A stretch of DNA of 64,000 nucleotides from Raillietiella orientalis (Eukaryota): NCBI GenBank assembly GCA_036172245.1, contig JAYWIR010000008.1, positions 3,596,001-3,660,000 of the forward strand. The letters run 5' to 3'. A model generated the notes under the pieces. The model had not been told where the DNA came from and ran no database searches. It was given only the letters and a program-made list of their open reading frames with translations. Positions 13,377 to 25,438 of this stretch are shown one piece after another; position 1 is the stretch's first letter; each line of letters begins with the position of its first letter. The translations under genes were made by a program, and so were the position numbers.

Positions 13377-14430
13377 CTAAAAGCATTCCTTTGCATCTCC
13401 CAATCCACCATGGTCATTCTAAATGGCAATCCGAAAGCTGGTCATCCAAAACGCAAAGGTGGACCATCCAAATTTGGCTGCAGAGTAAGAAAATCCCAAA
13501 CATCCCCCAAAATCACGAATGCATAACCTATTACTTGTCAGTCAAAATGAATGACGATATGACACAATCGCATTGCGGGGGTCGGTCTCATAAGGTGCTG
13601 GTGCACCTCAGATCAGCCAACTTCACGTGCACACCGCTGTACGGCGGTGTACGTCCAGGGCCCTCGGGTCACGTATCAACTGCCTCCTCAACACGCTTCC
13701 AACGACACGAATTGATGACTGCCGTCGAAGCACCCACGCCGTCTACCCCAACACCTACACTTCCGTGCCAGGGAGCGCACACGAGAGCCCCCCCCCCCCC
13801 CCCGAAAGCTCGGTGTAAATTCTTGGCACTGGAAGAGATAAGACAAGGAAGGGGAAAGGAAACGAGAAGCCAACAAACACATGTGTGTCCGTGTCCTTTG
13901 GCTTCGTATTAGGTGGCTTTGGGAATGAGTTTCGATAGCCCCGGGGTCGATTACGTGGCATTCCCAAGTGGGCACGACGACGATTTGTTGTTTTTCACTT
14001 TCACCTGCAATGTTCGTGAAAACGGTTATCCAAAAAAAAACAAAAAAACAAAAAAAAAAGGAGAGGAGCAGCCTCCGCACGCCCACACGCACGCACGCGC
14101 ACACGCACCCAACTCCTTGCAGACGATTTCCCTGCCGGCCTTGCAGGCGGCGCCGACCTGCGTAGCCCCACGCGCTCGCCCGGGGAGCCACTTCCAGAGC
14201 GACCAGGTGTTCCGGCAAGTCGGGTCTCCCCGAAGCCATGGGCGGGCGGGCATCTCTCGCCTCCTGCCAGCGGATGCTGCGGCAGCATCTCCCCGTCGGC
14301 ACCACTCGGGTAGCATCACGACGTCGTGGCTGCGGAGGTTACGGGAACGAGCGTCGGTTCAAGTGCAGCAGCGCGGCGCGCCGCCAACAACGGACCGAGT
14401 GAGGCGCAGAAGAAGTTCCGGGTGGAAGGC

Positions 14431-16238
14431 ATGCAGACGCTGCGCGGCGCGGACGACCTGCCCGGGAAGATCAGGGCAGCCGAAAAGATGCTCCATCACG
14501 CAGAAGGTTTGTATCCATAACCCTGACCGATTCGGTGCGCCGTCGCCGCACTCGGGAAAAACGTTCTCGGTGCTCCGGTGAGCCTCACCGCTCCGTCTGA
14601 CGGTTGTTTTTTTTTCTCTCTCCACCCCCCCCCCCCCTCCACTCCGCTTAGTGCCCTCGAGACGGAGGCTGAGAACGAAACTGTCGTCCATCTTGGGAGA
14701 CGAGCTGTGCCTCGGCTACTACGTCAAATACATGAAAAGTCAGAACGCGCTCACGGAAATCCATTTTTTGTTGGACGTCGACAAGCTGTGCTGCCGTGAG
14801 GCCTCCTCGCATGTCGCCTTCGAGCCGGCGGATGCCTCCGTGCATCCCGGAGCCCTGCACCGGGGCCCCGGCGTGGACGGCGACAGGGTCCTCTCCAGCG
14901 AGGAGGAGCAGGAAAAGCTCTCCACGTCGGAGAGCGGTGTGAAACAAGTGAAGTGGATATGGGATAATTATCTTGGCGAGGAAATTCAGCATCCTGGACG
15001 TTTTAATGAAGGGTTGAAAAACAAAGTGCTGGACAAAATGTCTGAGGGAATGGCGTCAACCAGTTGCCTTGTGGAACTCCGAGACATTATTTTGGATGAT
15101 CTGGAGCAGAGGTAATTTATTAGTTTTGCTGCTAAAACGTGTTTACATTGTTAACATTGTTAGAACTAAGTTAAGATGTTCTATCTAACACTGATTCTTG
15201 AAACAAGTGTTTGCTACTGGAATCTTTTCAGGTATTCAATAATTGAATCCAGTTGAATGCTACCATATGTAATTATAGAACAAGATATGTTCCAGGTATC
15301 TGAACGGATTTCTGAAGAGCAAAATATATTCAGCTTATCAGTTTGATGTCTTGACTAAAAATCCAGCTTTCCTGCAAGACATTCTTCTTTCTCAAGATAG
15401 CCTTTTTTATTTCATGGAGGTACTTGTCAAAAATGGTCATCTCATTTGCTTTGTATAGTTTTTAGAGGGAGAACAGGCATGCCAATTGCTGGAATTATGG
15501 CTGGCTATTCAGAATTTGATTGAGGGCTGTGATCAGCCTGGTTTCAAATTAGGTCAGGAAGACGCCATGGCTTTATACAACAGGTTCTTCTCCTTGCAAG
15601 TGCAGAATCCCTTGGGTTTCAGTGATTCCCTTCGGGTAGAGATGGAAGTACTAATATGCCAAGACCAAGGATTAGCAGTAGAGTTCCTCAAAAAATTGTG
15701 GAGAGTAGTTGAAATTACTTTAGATCATGTAAGTGCCATGGAACCTTGAACCCACAAATGTGCTTTCCAGTTTTACCTTTATCCATTTTTGCAGTCCAAG
15801 TGGTATTGCATATTCTTAGACCAACTGAATCAAACAGCAAATCAGCAGTCCTGGCAAGCTTCTGACACAGAATGTTTGCCAAGTATGAAACAATTAGCCA
15901 GTCATAATTCAAATAGAAATTGCAAAAGTGACAATGTTCCCACGTAAGCACAGACCATCAAGCTAATCTGTAGAGTACATATTTAGTTCTCTAAGTCTTG
16001 GCTTCATCAATAAATTTGGTCAGTATCAGACTCACTGTGAACCCAGTCCCATTTCCCATACAGGTATGTCAGTTTATAAATGCTCTTCTTTGTAAAATCA
16101 TCCTTAGGAGAGTGGAATGTGAGTCAGACAATGCGTCGTCTAATGCATACAAAAAATCAGGAAGAGGAAGAAGAGATTGCTTGGCGAGAAGCTGAAAAGA
16201 TTGTCAAGGGTATCACTAGTGTTACTTTAGGTTCCTGA
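14431..16238 (+). CDS. AKAP10: A-kinase anchor protein 10 (D-AKAP2)-like, RGS domains plus C-terminal PKA-binding helix
   Basis: Exons 14431-14506 (start tentative), 14652-15111, 15296-15419, 15459-15728, 15771-15943, 15987-16063, 16108-16238; all GT-AG and in phase. Matches to human AKAP10: YQFDVLTKNPAFLQDILLSQDSLFYFME vs YQIEVLTSGTVYLADILFCESALFYFSE; DAMALYNRFFSLQVQNPLGFSDSLRVEMEVLIC vs DAMILYDKYFSLQATHPLGFDDVVRLEIESNIC; EEIAWREAEKIV vs EELAWKIAKMIV. Confidence 0.92.
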
Positions 16239-16268
16239 TTTGGAAGTTCAGGTAGAATCAGTTAGAAT

Positions 16269-19200
16269 TCAGTAAACATAGGTGGCAACTTTATGATTCA
16301 TTTTTGGCAGAAGAGGAAGATTTTCACATGTCAGAGTAGTTGGCTGGATTTTTTGGAATAGTGCTGAGCTCCTAGCACGTTTCCTAAATGAACTACTACA
16401 ACTCTTCCAGTTATACAGCCATATGTTGCATACTGCTTGCAGTGGATTGAGGACAGCCATGGTGTACCACAAAAACACCAAGATACTCCTAGGGAGTCTG
16501 CCCCAGTTTATCCACAGAATTAAGCCATTGAGAACATTGGGGAACCAACATATAATGAATGATGTGTTGATGAAAAAAAATTTTTCTTTTAGAGCATTTA
16601 TGATCTTGTGTTCCTTGGCTGTTAATTGTCCACATCTTAGAAAGATGTGTTCCTCTATCTAGAGATAATAGAATCGATATTGTTTCACTCTAAAATGCAT
16701 TACCTTGACGAAAGATCTCATGTATAAGATCGAGTTGACCAGAATAACCATCAGAATAGCAATGTATGTTATCAGATAATTAGGAGCAAGGTACCAGAAT
16801 GCATAGGGATCCCCTTGATGACATCTGCAAATCATTATAACTCAAGCAAAGCGTTTTGGATACAGTTAGTTGATTCATTAAATAAAGTAACATAAACCCT
16901 GTTTTTATGTGTTCAACAATAGAACAAATTTCTCGATGGTATCGGTTACTCTTAAGTGCATGTTAAAGGCTTGCTATATTGCTTATCGCCGAATAAATAA
17001 AGCCACGTACAAGATGGATGCACAGGAAAGTGTTTGCATTTACTTCTAGAATTTTTTTTTTTTTTTTTCCTACAGAATAACTTCCATTGTACTCTGTTTT
17101 GCAAACATTTCCATGGGATGGATAAAGAGCTGGGACGAGCAAGTACACTTTAAATCATTTACTTATGGTACTGGGCTCTACTTTTTAATCCAGCAGTTAC
17201 GCAATTAGTTCAAGAAGTCGTAACCTTTCATAGACGAGATAAGGATTCAACTCATTTAGTGATAAGCGCGTTGTACAACTCCGCACAAAGATACGCACAT
17301 ACGCGCACGAACCGAATTCCCGTTCGACATTGGCACGTTTGCCAAGTGACATACTCGACACAAATTGGACGGTCAAAATTAAATTCATAATCCATAGTCA
17401 AAATTTTACGTTCATATTCAGCCTCGTGTACGAAATTTTCCAGAGAAACTAATACTAAGGAAGGCTAAATATACCTAGCAGCCATCGATGCAAACTGTAT
17501 TCGGAAATATATCTACCTGAGATCTGGATAAAACATGATTATCAGTCCACCAAATGTGAGTGCAGATGCCAGTGGCCAGCAGATCATGTGATAAATCCAA
17601 ATGCGACCGCGCTTCTCGTTTACCGTTAAATAAACGTCTATAGCATAGCATAATGTCCAAAAGTATGTACACATGTAGAAAAATTCTATCCATGCCTTAA
17701 TGAAATTCCCTATAATGTTACCTATAGGTTAGAACGTTACCGTTGTAAGACTGCAGATCAAAGCCTCCGTGAAACTATGATATTGAAAATGATTCTGAAA
17801 AGTAGGTTTTCTTATCAACCAGAAGGTGGAACGGATGACGATCCCTAAAACAAAGAAAAACGGATAAGTATCACATATCAAGAAGAAAAGTAATAATAAC
17901 CAGACTGGTATTCTTTAAATAGAATTTTCAGAAGAATTAAAGGATCAGAAGTGGGAACGGAGAATTGCCGGTTTGATAATCTTTCTGCAGCTGAGATTAA
18001 TGTGCAAGGCAGCCTCGACTGATCAAATAACAGAGTGAGATTTCTGGCCTTGAAAACGGTTTTGTAGTTCTCCAAGAAAACAGATTTATAAAACTTAGAG
18101 GAGAGTGAGAAATTACTTGAATCACGCCACTTGGGAACTTTTCAAAAACTGCGGCAAACAGGGCATTTTGGCACACCGGTGGATAAAATGAAGGGGATTT
18201 TAAGATTACAATCGCTTATGCACAAATAGCACATGCACGATATTTCCAAGTATCTTGCAAACGGAATTTGAAGACTGAAATGTTATAGTTTCGAGCGAAA
18301 ACTCAAATTCCCAATAGATATTGAAAAGAGGACTTTGTATAAACTTGTGTATCTTGTAGCTTGCTCATAGGTTCCAATTGATTTATTTTTCTTTTTGTAC
18401 ATACGCTTAAAACCACGCTCAAACAACCATATTTCCCAGCATTATTCGTGATTTTGCTCCCGCATCGTTTCTTTCTAAAACGGAGAAAGAGGTTCCTTCC
18501 GATTCGACGTCCTGTTAACTTAAATGAAGCATGTTTCACACGTAATTGGGATACCTAATAGAGTATATCTTCCCTGAGCTGTATTCCAATGTACTTCTCA
18601 GTTAAACATTCTTTTGCTTCGTGAATCCACTAACGGCTGCCAAATATGCTGCCTTTTCACTTTGTGCGCACCCACTGATTTTCAAGGTCTTCCTATTTGA
18701 TTGATAACTCCATGAACTAAGTAATGCATGTAACCTTGTGATCCCAGGTATTCATCAACATTAAATATGCATATACATACATATGTTTCAGGACGTTTCT
18801 TTCGTGCTGAAAGTACTTTGGAAACTTGCATTTCATTTCCAATACAACACATCAGAAGTCAGTGCATTTTCTAATCAACCTGCATTGCTTTTTCACAAGT
18901 AGGGCTGCTGACATGCAGAAATAGATTAAATAAAAAAATCACTCATTTCATGTGTTTCATTCCTTTTGATTATTATGTACTTCTCTTTAATGGTTTCTAA
19001 TTCCGTTCTGGATAACCATAGCGTCCGAAGAAATTGTGAATCAAAAATGGAATGTATTTCGACATATGCAAATGATGAAACGAAAATGAATTCAAAGTGA
19101 GATGGCATTCATGAGCGAGTGGAATACGGCAGCATTTTGCTGCGGGGAAGGGGGGGAGGGGAAGGTGTGTGTGTGTATGGGGGGAGGAAATGTTTTTTCC

Positions 19201-22200
19201 TCTTTCTGCCTTGCTAGATAGAGTAAGCATGCGAATGTTTTGTTTTGGGCTCACGCTAGACTTTGCAATATCCTGGGCAACACGCTTCCCGCGTAACCGA
19301 TTGCCTGCGCTTCGGATGATCCGATTCAACGCTCAGTTTATCCAATTCAACTCCAGAAAGCTGAACGCGAAACCTTCTCGGTTCTACCTCCTCATAGAAC
19401 GAAGAAACAGTTTTTGTTTTGTCTTGTTTTGTTTGTTTGTTTGTTTGGTTGGTTTACGACTAATCAACTAACGTCATATCGCTGCCATCAACTAACAGCA
19501 TTCTTTTATGGGCTGCCATTAATTATTCATAAGAATCTACCTAGAAACTGTCTGAAGAAAAAAAAAAAAAAACACCTCTACAAAAAGAGATACACGAAGA
19601 TGCTGCGTTTCCATTTGTTTTTCTTGTTTCTGGAGGATCAGCTGTAAATGTAATTTCATTTTTGCAGGGATGTTCTTGTACGCAACACAATGAACGTGAA
19701 TCATGAAGCAAGGAATGCGGCTTCTCGAGTGCCGATTCCATCCCCATAAAATGGGATGGGGATTTTTTGCACCTCTGGATGGCGTCCCGCAAAGCCTTCT
19801 GTCCCGCAGACTTTCGAGAGTCCGGAAGGGAACCTGAGTGCGTGCTGAGGAAACGAAAAGCTGGGCGTGCAATTAGCAGGGCGTGAAGGTGGCTCATGAA
19901 GCTCAGCTCCCCCCCTTCCTCCCTCAACGGAAACAATCTGACAGATCAGAAACCCGTTGATAAGGGGTGGCAAAAAAATAAGTTTCCAGTCCAGACCTGT
20001 GCAGCTGAAGTGCGTCTCAGATACAGATTTCCATGCCAACGAGGCTCGCGAGCTGCCCAGGCCTTCTCGGAGGGCTTTTCCAGCACCATTTTTCAGCGTC
20101 AGCGGAATGTTCCAGTACGTTCGCGCGCCCAGCACGAGCGGGTGGGTCTCTTGCGAACCGAGGAAGACAAGGTCTCGCTGGTCAAGTTCGCTTACCCCCG
20201 AATCTCGGGCTTAGATTTGTAAGCTGAGTCGGCGAAAATTCCACCCGGATCACGAATCCCATTTTCCGAGCATCGTACACTACGTACACAAAAGTGCGAA
20301 GGTCGGCGGGAACCAGTGAACGTTCCAGCTCAGGCGGGAACTGATTTTTCCTTCGCGGAAACCGAAGGGCGCAAGGACCCCAGGGGGCTGACATCGGGGG
20401 AGACCCTGTTCCGAGCGAATCGAACGGCCGCTCCTCGAGACCCACTTCCGGGCTACCGAGGAAAGTGTCGTTCCGGAGTGTGGCGACACCTTTTCGGAGC
20501 GCAGCACACACTCGGACGCGTATCTCCCCTCTCCCCCTGTCCCTCTGAGCTGCACGGCTATCGGGAACGCCCGGGAACCGGTTTGCAGGAGGTTCCGGCG
20601 CAACCGTGCGTTTGGCACAGGAGGTGTCGGCGCACTTCCCATTTGACCTTGAAGGGCAGGACGGGGGGAGGGGGGAAGAGACTAGCTTCCGGCATTTTGA
20701 AATACGGCCCAGGTTTTACCCACGAACGGCACCGCATCGAAACTGCAGGCGTCCGGAATGGGAGGTGAACCGGAGAGGAGCGAAGCACCGGCGTTCATCG
20801 CCCGAAAGGCTTTTTTTTTTTTTCTTTTCTTTTCTTCTCATCCCCCCAGGTGAGGAATCGCGGTGCAGGTCACACCTTGGGAAGTTCGTTCTCCATCTCC
20901 TGCTCCTTCGCACGCTCAACCCGTCGGCCCCCAGAAGAACACTCCCTCCCCGAATGGCGTGCTCCTTGCACTCCGGAGAGGCAACCCCCGAGGGAGCAGC
21001 CCCGTGGCGCGCGACTCAGGGTTCCCCTTGAAGGGGAAGGGAAGGGGGGAGAACAGCTCCATCGTCACAACCGAAGGGGAACCCCGGAGGGAACCACTTC
21101 TTCCTTATTCTCTCCGAAGGGGCCCCCCTGGAAGGATCCGCTCCGTTTCCTCCTCCTCTGAAGGGAATCCCGAAGGGAGCTTCCAGATTTTCCCTGAAGG
21201 GTCGCTCCCCCAAGGGAGCAGCAGCTCGCTCCTACGCACTCTGGAGAGGCATCATCAATCCACCAGCTCCATGGTACGCGAAGGGGAGGGACGGATCTAT
21301 TTCAAACCCTGAAGGGCTCCTTGGTTCCAGGAAGGCACCCCAGAGGATCGACCTGCCAATTCAGGAGGCTCTCCAACGGGGTCATCCGGTTTCTACCGGT
21401 GTCGGCGCACCCGAAGCCATTCAAGGCCAACCAGCGTCGTCCTGCGGGGGGGAAAACTCAAAACCCACGACGCACCATCCGTTTCTCGACGTTGGTCCTT
21501 CCTGCCCCGGGCAGGATTCAAACCGCAACGCTCGGTACGCCACGCGGTCGCCGACGTGGGTCGCGTGACTGCGGTCCAAGCTGGGAACGCTCCTTATTGG
21601 GTCGACCTTCCATCCCCCTGGGGCGTGCGACAGACTATCCACAGTCGGCTTCTTCACGGAGGAGGTTCCCGACGCGAAAGTGGAGGAACCGGAAGCGGCT
21701 GCGTGGACCCAGGAAGGATCTCCTGCCTCGCAAGGAAAGGGAACTAAACATCACCATTGCTGTTGAGAGCCCCCGGCGCGCGGTGGGGCACGGGACGAAA
21801 GCGAAGGGGACGGGAAGGATGGGTGGGGGGGGAATTCCCCCCCGAGGGGGAACCACGAGAGGCGAACAGCCGCCGCAGGCCGGGACGACCAGGGAACGTG
21901 CCGCGCATGGGCGGTCGGGGAAGAGGCGGAGCTTCCGATGCGCCCTGCAGATGGGGAGAACCACCAAGAGAGCGCGCAAGGGGAGGACTCGGTCATGTAG
22001 GAGGGAGCTTCCCCTCCCGTCTCGCTTTGCGAGGAGGGATGGGTGGATCCAGCCGCTGGCGTCCTTGGAGCTTTCGAAAGATGAAAGAGGCTGCATGCGG
22101 TCCAGCTGGGGACAAGGGGGGGCGAGAGGGGGAGAGGTGGCTGGCACACGGGACCTCCCGCGCCAGGCCCCCTGGGACGAGGGAAGAGGAACGAAGGATG

Positions 22201-25200
22201 CAAAGCCACCACCCTTCCCCCTCGCTCCCAACGGCGCTCCGTTCGGAGATTCTCCTTGTCGAGGAGGAGGGAGCGAGGGGGTGACACTCCCCCGAGGCAG
22301 GGACACGCGGGCCATTCGAACAAGGCAACCTGCCGCCACCCCGTGCGGGAGAAGAGGAGATGGGGGAAAGGGGGAAGGGGCACTCTCTTGGACTACTCTT
22401 CAGCTTTTCCCGACGGGGACCGCACGGAGTCAGCCCGAGGGCGGTTTGTCAGCCATCGGTCCTGGGAGCGTCCGTCTGAAGGCGAGATCGGGCCGCCTAT
22501 GCAAGGAACCTTGACCTCCACGATGCCAAGACCCCATTATCCGGCCTCCTCTATGCTCTCCCCACCTGCAGGTTTCTCTCCCCTTCCTTCCACCGCTGGG
22601 TGCGTCTCACGAGAGCGCTCCTTTATTCCTCTTCTCCCCCTTTCCTTGCGGCCCCTTCCCTTAGCAAACGCCCGCGAGGGTTCAGGGCGGGGCTGCGTCC
22701 CTCACTACTTCGCCTTCCTCTCAGGACCTTCTGCAGGCTTCTAGACCGTTCAGATAGGAGGGAGATACCCCAGAGCAGAGGATCCGGTTACTTCGGCCAG
22801 GAGGTTGTGTAGCCCCTCTGGGACGCGTAAACCAGGAAATGTAATGTAATGCAATAGCGCGGCACGGGGACGGCTGCTCAGAGAGGCGTTCCTACGCAGC
22901 GCGTTCGCCTCCCGCGAAGCACCCTGTCCTGATTGCCCTCCCCTCGCCAAAATGGGCAGATCGCCCTCCGGAGCTGCTCTTGGAAGCGGTTAGGTTCCAG
23001 TCAGTTCTGGGAGCTCGTCGTCCTGGGGCGCCGGCTCATCACCCCAAGCGAAATTGCAGTTAGAGGCGCCGGAGGGAGAGCGCGTGGTTTTCTGAGAGTC
23101 TCGGAAGTTCCCCCTCCCCGGCATGCCTCCCTCGGGACCAGTGGTGGTCACTCTACCTCGATCGACTCCCCCCTTTCAAGGTGGGAGGGGGGGCTCGTGC
23201 CTCGCTGAACGGAACCAGGAGAGCAGGCAACAGAGGCAGATGTCCTCGAGGTGCGATGTCCACCTGTCCGCAGTCTAAAGAGCGCGCTGCGGAGGACGCT
23301 TGGGAGAAGAAGAAAGGGGGAGGTCATTCCAGCCCTTGGGAGGCGCTTCAAGAGGCCTTTCCTGCCAAGGGCGGCGACCGAAAGAGAACCTCGCGTGCGC
23401 TTCCGGAGGTCCTGAGGTCACGGTCCATTAACGACTGGTGGTGGGTGGATAGGGGTGAACACAGAACAAGTTGTGTGCCTACACGCGCCACAACACCCCA
23501 TCGGCGGCTAAACCCCACCACTGGGATCCCAGGCACTACGAAGGGGGGGGCACAGAGCAGCCCCAAACCATGCGCATCCTCAACGACTCGCGTTGCGAGG
23601 GCGACGCGGGAATCTCCTCGAGTCGCGTCCCGACTGCAAGAGCTGAACGCCAAATGGAAGCACGCTAAGAGGGGGCAATCCGGAGCCTCGGCAACCAAGG
23701 GAGACGTCGCTGCTTCTTCAGTCGCTGTCCCTCGCAGCCGGAGTCTGGGGCAGGATTCCCAGAGGCTCCCTGCCCTTCTACGGGTGATCCACGTGGACAA
23801 GAGCGCACGAGGAGGAAGGATGAGTGCAGGGAAGGATCGGATAGCGCTGCCGGGAGGGGGGAGGCGCGAAGATGGGGACGGGGACAAGTGGGGGGGGGGA
23901 GAAATACCCACAGGAGTACTGTGGATTAGCGGAAGGCACCCCCGTCCGATGGAAGGGGAGGACCTGCTGGTGGCAGCGGAGACGGCGCCGCGTGCAGCCA
24001 GCCGGGAGCCGACGCGTCACCGTGACGACGGAGGGACAGGCAGAAGACGCGTCTCCTGCACCCTCTTTCTTCCCGCTCCTGAGGGGCACTCTGGAGGCGA
24101 GAAGTGGTGCGCCGATGCACCCAGGGTCGACCGGTAGAGAAGTTTCAGGGATCACCGTCGGCGATCTCTGAAATGCTCCAGCCGCGCGCGTCCCAGCTCC
24201 GATTTTTCGAGGTTACGCATGGGCTTCAGCAAGCGCCAGTCGTGTCGGGACGAACCACTGCGTTTTCTTCCCTGTACCCTGACCCAGGGTTGCACGACTG
24301 GAGAGGACGGGGGAAGAGCAGGGGTAGGAAGAAGGGAGCCCAGCTGTGAGGCCAGAGCGCGGGACGGGAGACAGGGAGGTTACCTTCTCGCCGTGGGTAT
24401 GGCCAGGAGGGAAATGTGGAGCAGCGACCCCTTTAAGCCCCTCCCCTGGAAAGTCTGGGTCCCGAAATCCGGGGGAGAGCTGAGCGAGTCGGAGGAACGC
24501 CTCAAGGAAGGGGGGACGATCCAGGGGTCGGCGCGGTCAACCGGGACAAGTTCCAGAGAAAAAGCAGCGTAATGCTCCTGAATCAGAGCGGAGTGACCTT
24601 GCCGACGGCGAGCGATGTCATGGTGACCACGCTGTCAGAACATGGGCGTTTCCGTCCTTGCGGCTGGTGGCGCACGCAGGCGGACCGGGAGCGGATCCAA
24701 GACGGCCCTTTTCGGCCCAGCCTGAGAGCTCCTCCTGAGCTCATTGGACCTCTTCCTTTCTTTCTTTCCCCCTTTCCCCCTTCTCTTCCCTTCTTCCTAT
24801 CCCCCTCCTCCTCCCTTCCTTCTTTCCTCCTCCTCGCTCGAAGCTACGTGGTTTCGGGCACGGCGCTGCCGCACCGCAGAGAGGTTCGAGACACGAGTCA
24901 GTGAGCAGTGAGATGTACGTTTCCAAAGGGACAGCGTGAGGGTGGCGGCAGCGGACTTGGAATCCCCTCCCTCTGCCCTCTCATTGGTTTCTCGGCGGTG
25001 CCAAGCAGCGATCTCTCGCAGTCCGCAGGGCTCGGGGGCGGGGATCTCTCCCTCGCTCCCACATATCCCCTTCTGTGACGCGAGCGGGAGATGGTGAGGA
25101 GGGCTTGAGGCGGGGGTGAAAATGCTTACCTGACGCCGCGAGGCCGTCGCACAGTGCCAGCAGGTAGATCAGTCCGCCCTGCCTCCTGGCCGATGCGCTA

Positions 25201-25438
25201 GCGAGCTTGCAGGAGTTGCTGCTCGTCGCCATAACCTGGGGAAGGGCTACCGAGTGGGCGGGGAGGACCCCACGGGAAATACCTGCAGGAGGGCGCCCAC
25301 CACTCCGACCACCCCGGCGGAGCAGCTGACGATGTTGTACGGAACGGCCCTGAACTGCAGCAGCACGTCCAGGGCGGTCACCACCTGGGTGCAGTTGGCC
25401 GTCAGGCAGCAGAAGGTCCCGATGGTGGGCGAAGCCAT
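16269..25438 (-). CDS. GPR143: G protein-coupled receptor 143 (ocular albinism type 1 protein) homolog, 351 aa
   Basis: Exons 25438-25283, 25235-25130, 17844-17741, 17695-17517, 16824-16704, 16658-16269 (1056 nt, in phase). Matches to human GPR143: MASPTIGTFCC vs MASPRLGTFCC; GIVIRSTFWL vs GMVIRSTVWL; FWTLCYAIDVYL vs FWWLFCYAVDAYL; IICWFPNVLN vs IICWLSNIIN; WYTMAVLNPLQ vs WFIMGILNPAQ. Seven hydrophobic segments. Confidence 0.95.
20960..21560 (-). mobile_element. SINE-like dispersed repeat, copy 1 (in GPR143 intron 2)
   Basis: Reverse complement aligns with 39830-40410 (shared cgcgtaccatggagctggt, gcgtcgtggg, cgctggttggcc, tggcttcgggtgc). B-box-like GGTTTGAATCC at 21524-21514. Confidence 0.7.
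22000..24300 (-). mobile_element. Decayed L1/Tx1-like LINE RT region (in GPR143 intron 2)
   Basis: In order: DSRVALATRVV..VVGFSRR (DYKI.A.RL..Q.GF..GR), SVQRGTSPPSHLERG..PPLVP (VNG.S.PF.LERGVRQG.PLSP), then WGLGIVEVK (GGLGIVD). Frame-broken. Confidence 0.4.

Noticed and set aside
13175..13912. 245-aa plus-strand ORF upstream of AKAP10
   Set aside because: Non-ATG start, no homology I can recognise, and it crosses a poly-C run; local splice signals favour the minus strand.
21321..22514. 397-aa ORF, and similar long R/G/P-rich ORFs at 31642-32787, 36283-37380, 39078-40148 and 41634-42614
   Set aside because: Stop-poor GC-rich DNA is open in several frames at once; no host-protein domains; several overlap repeats or lie in introns of real genes.
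17845..25129. GC-rich blocks as bacterial contamination, HGT or chimeric assembly
   Set aside because: GPR143, the serpin and AKAP10 splice in phase across the GC/AT boundaries; no operons or bacterial genes are present.
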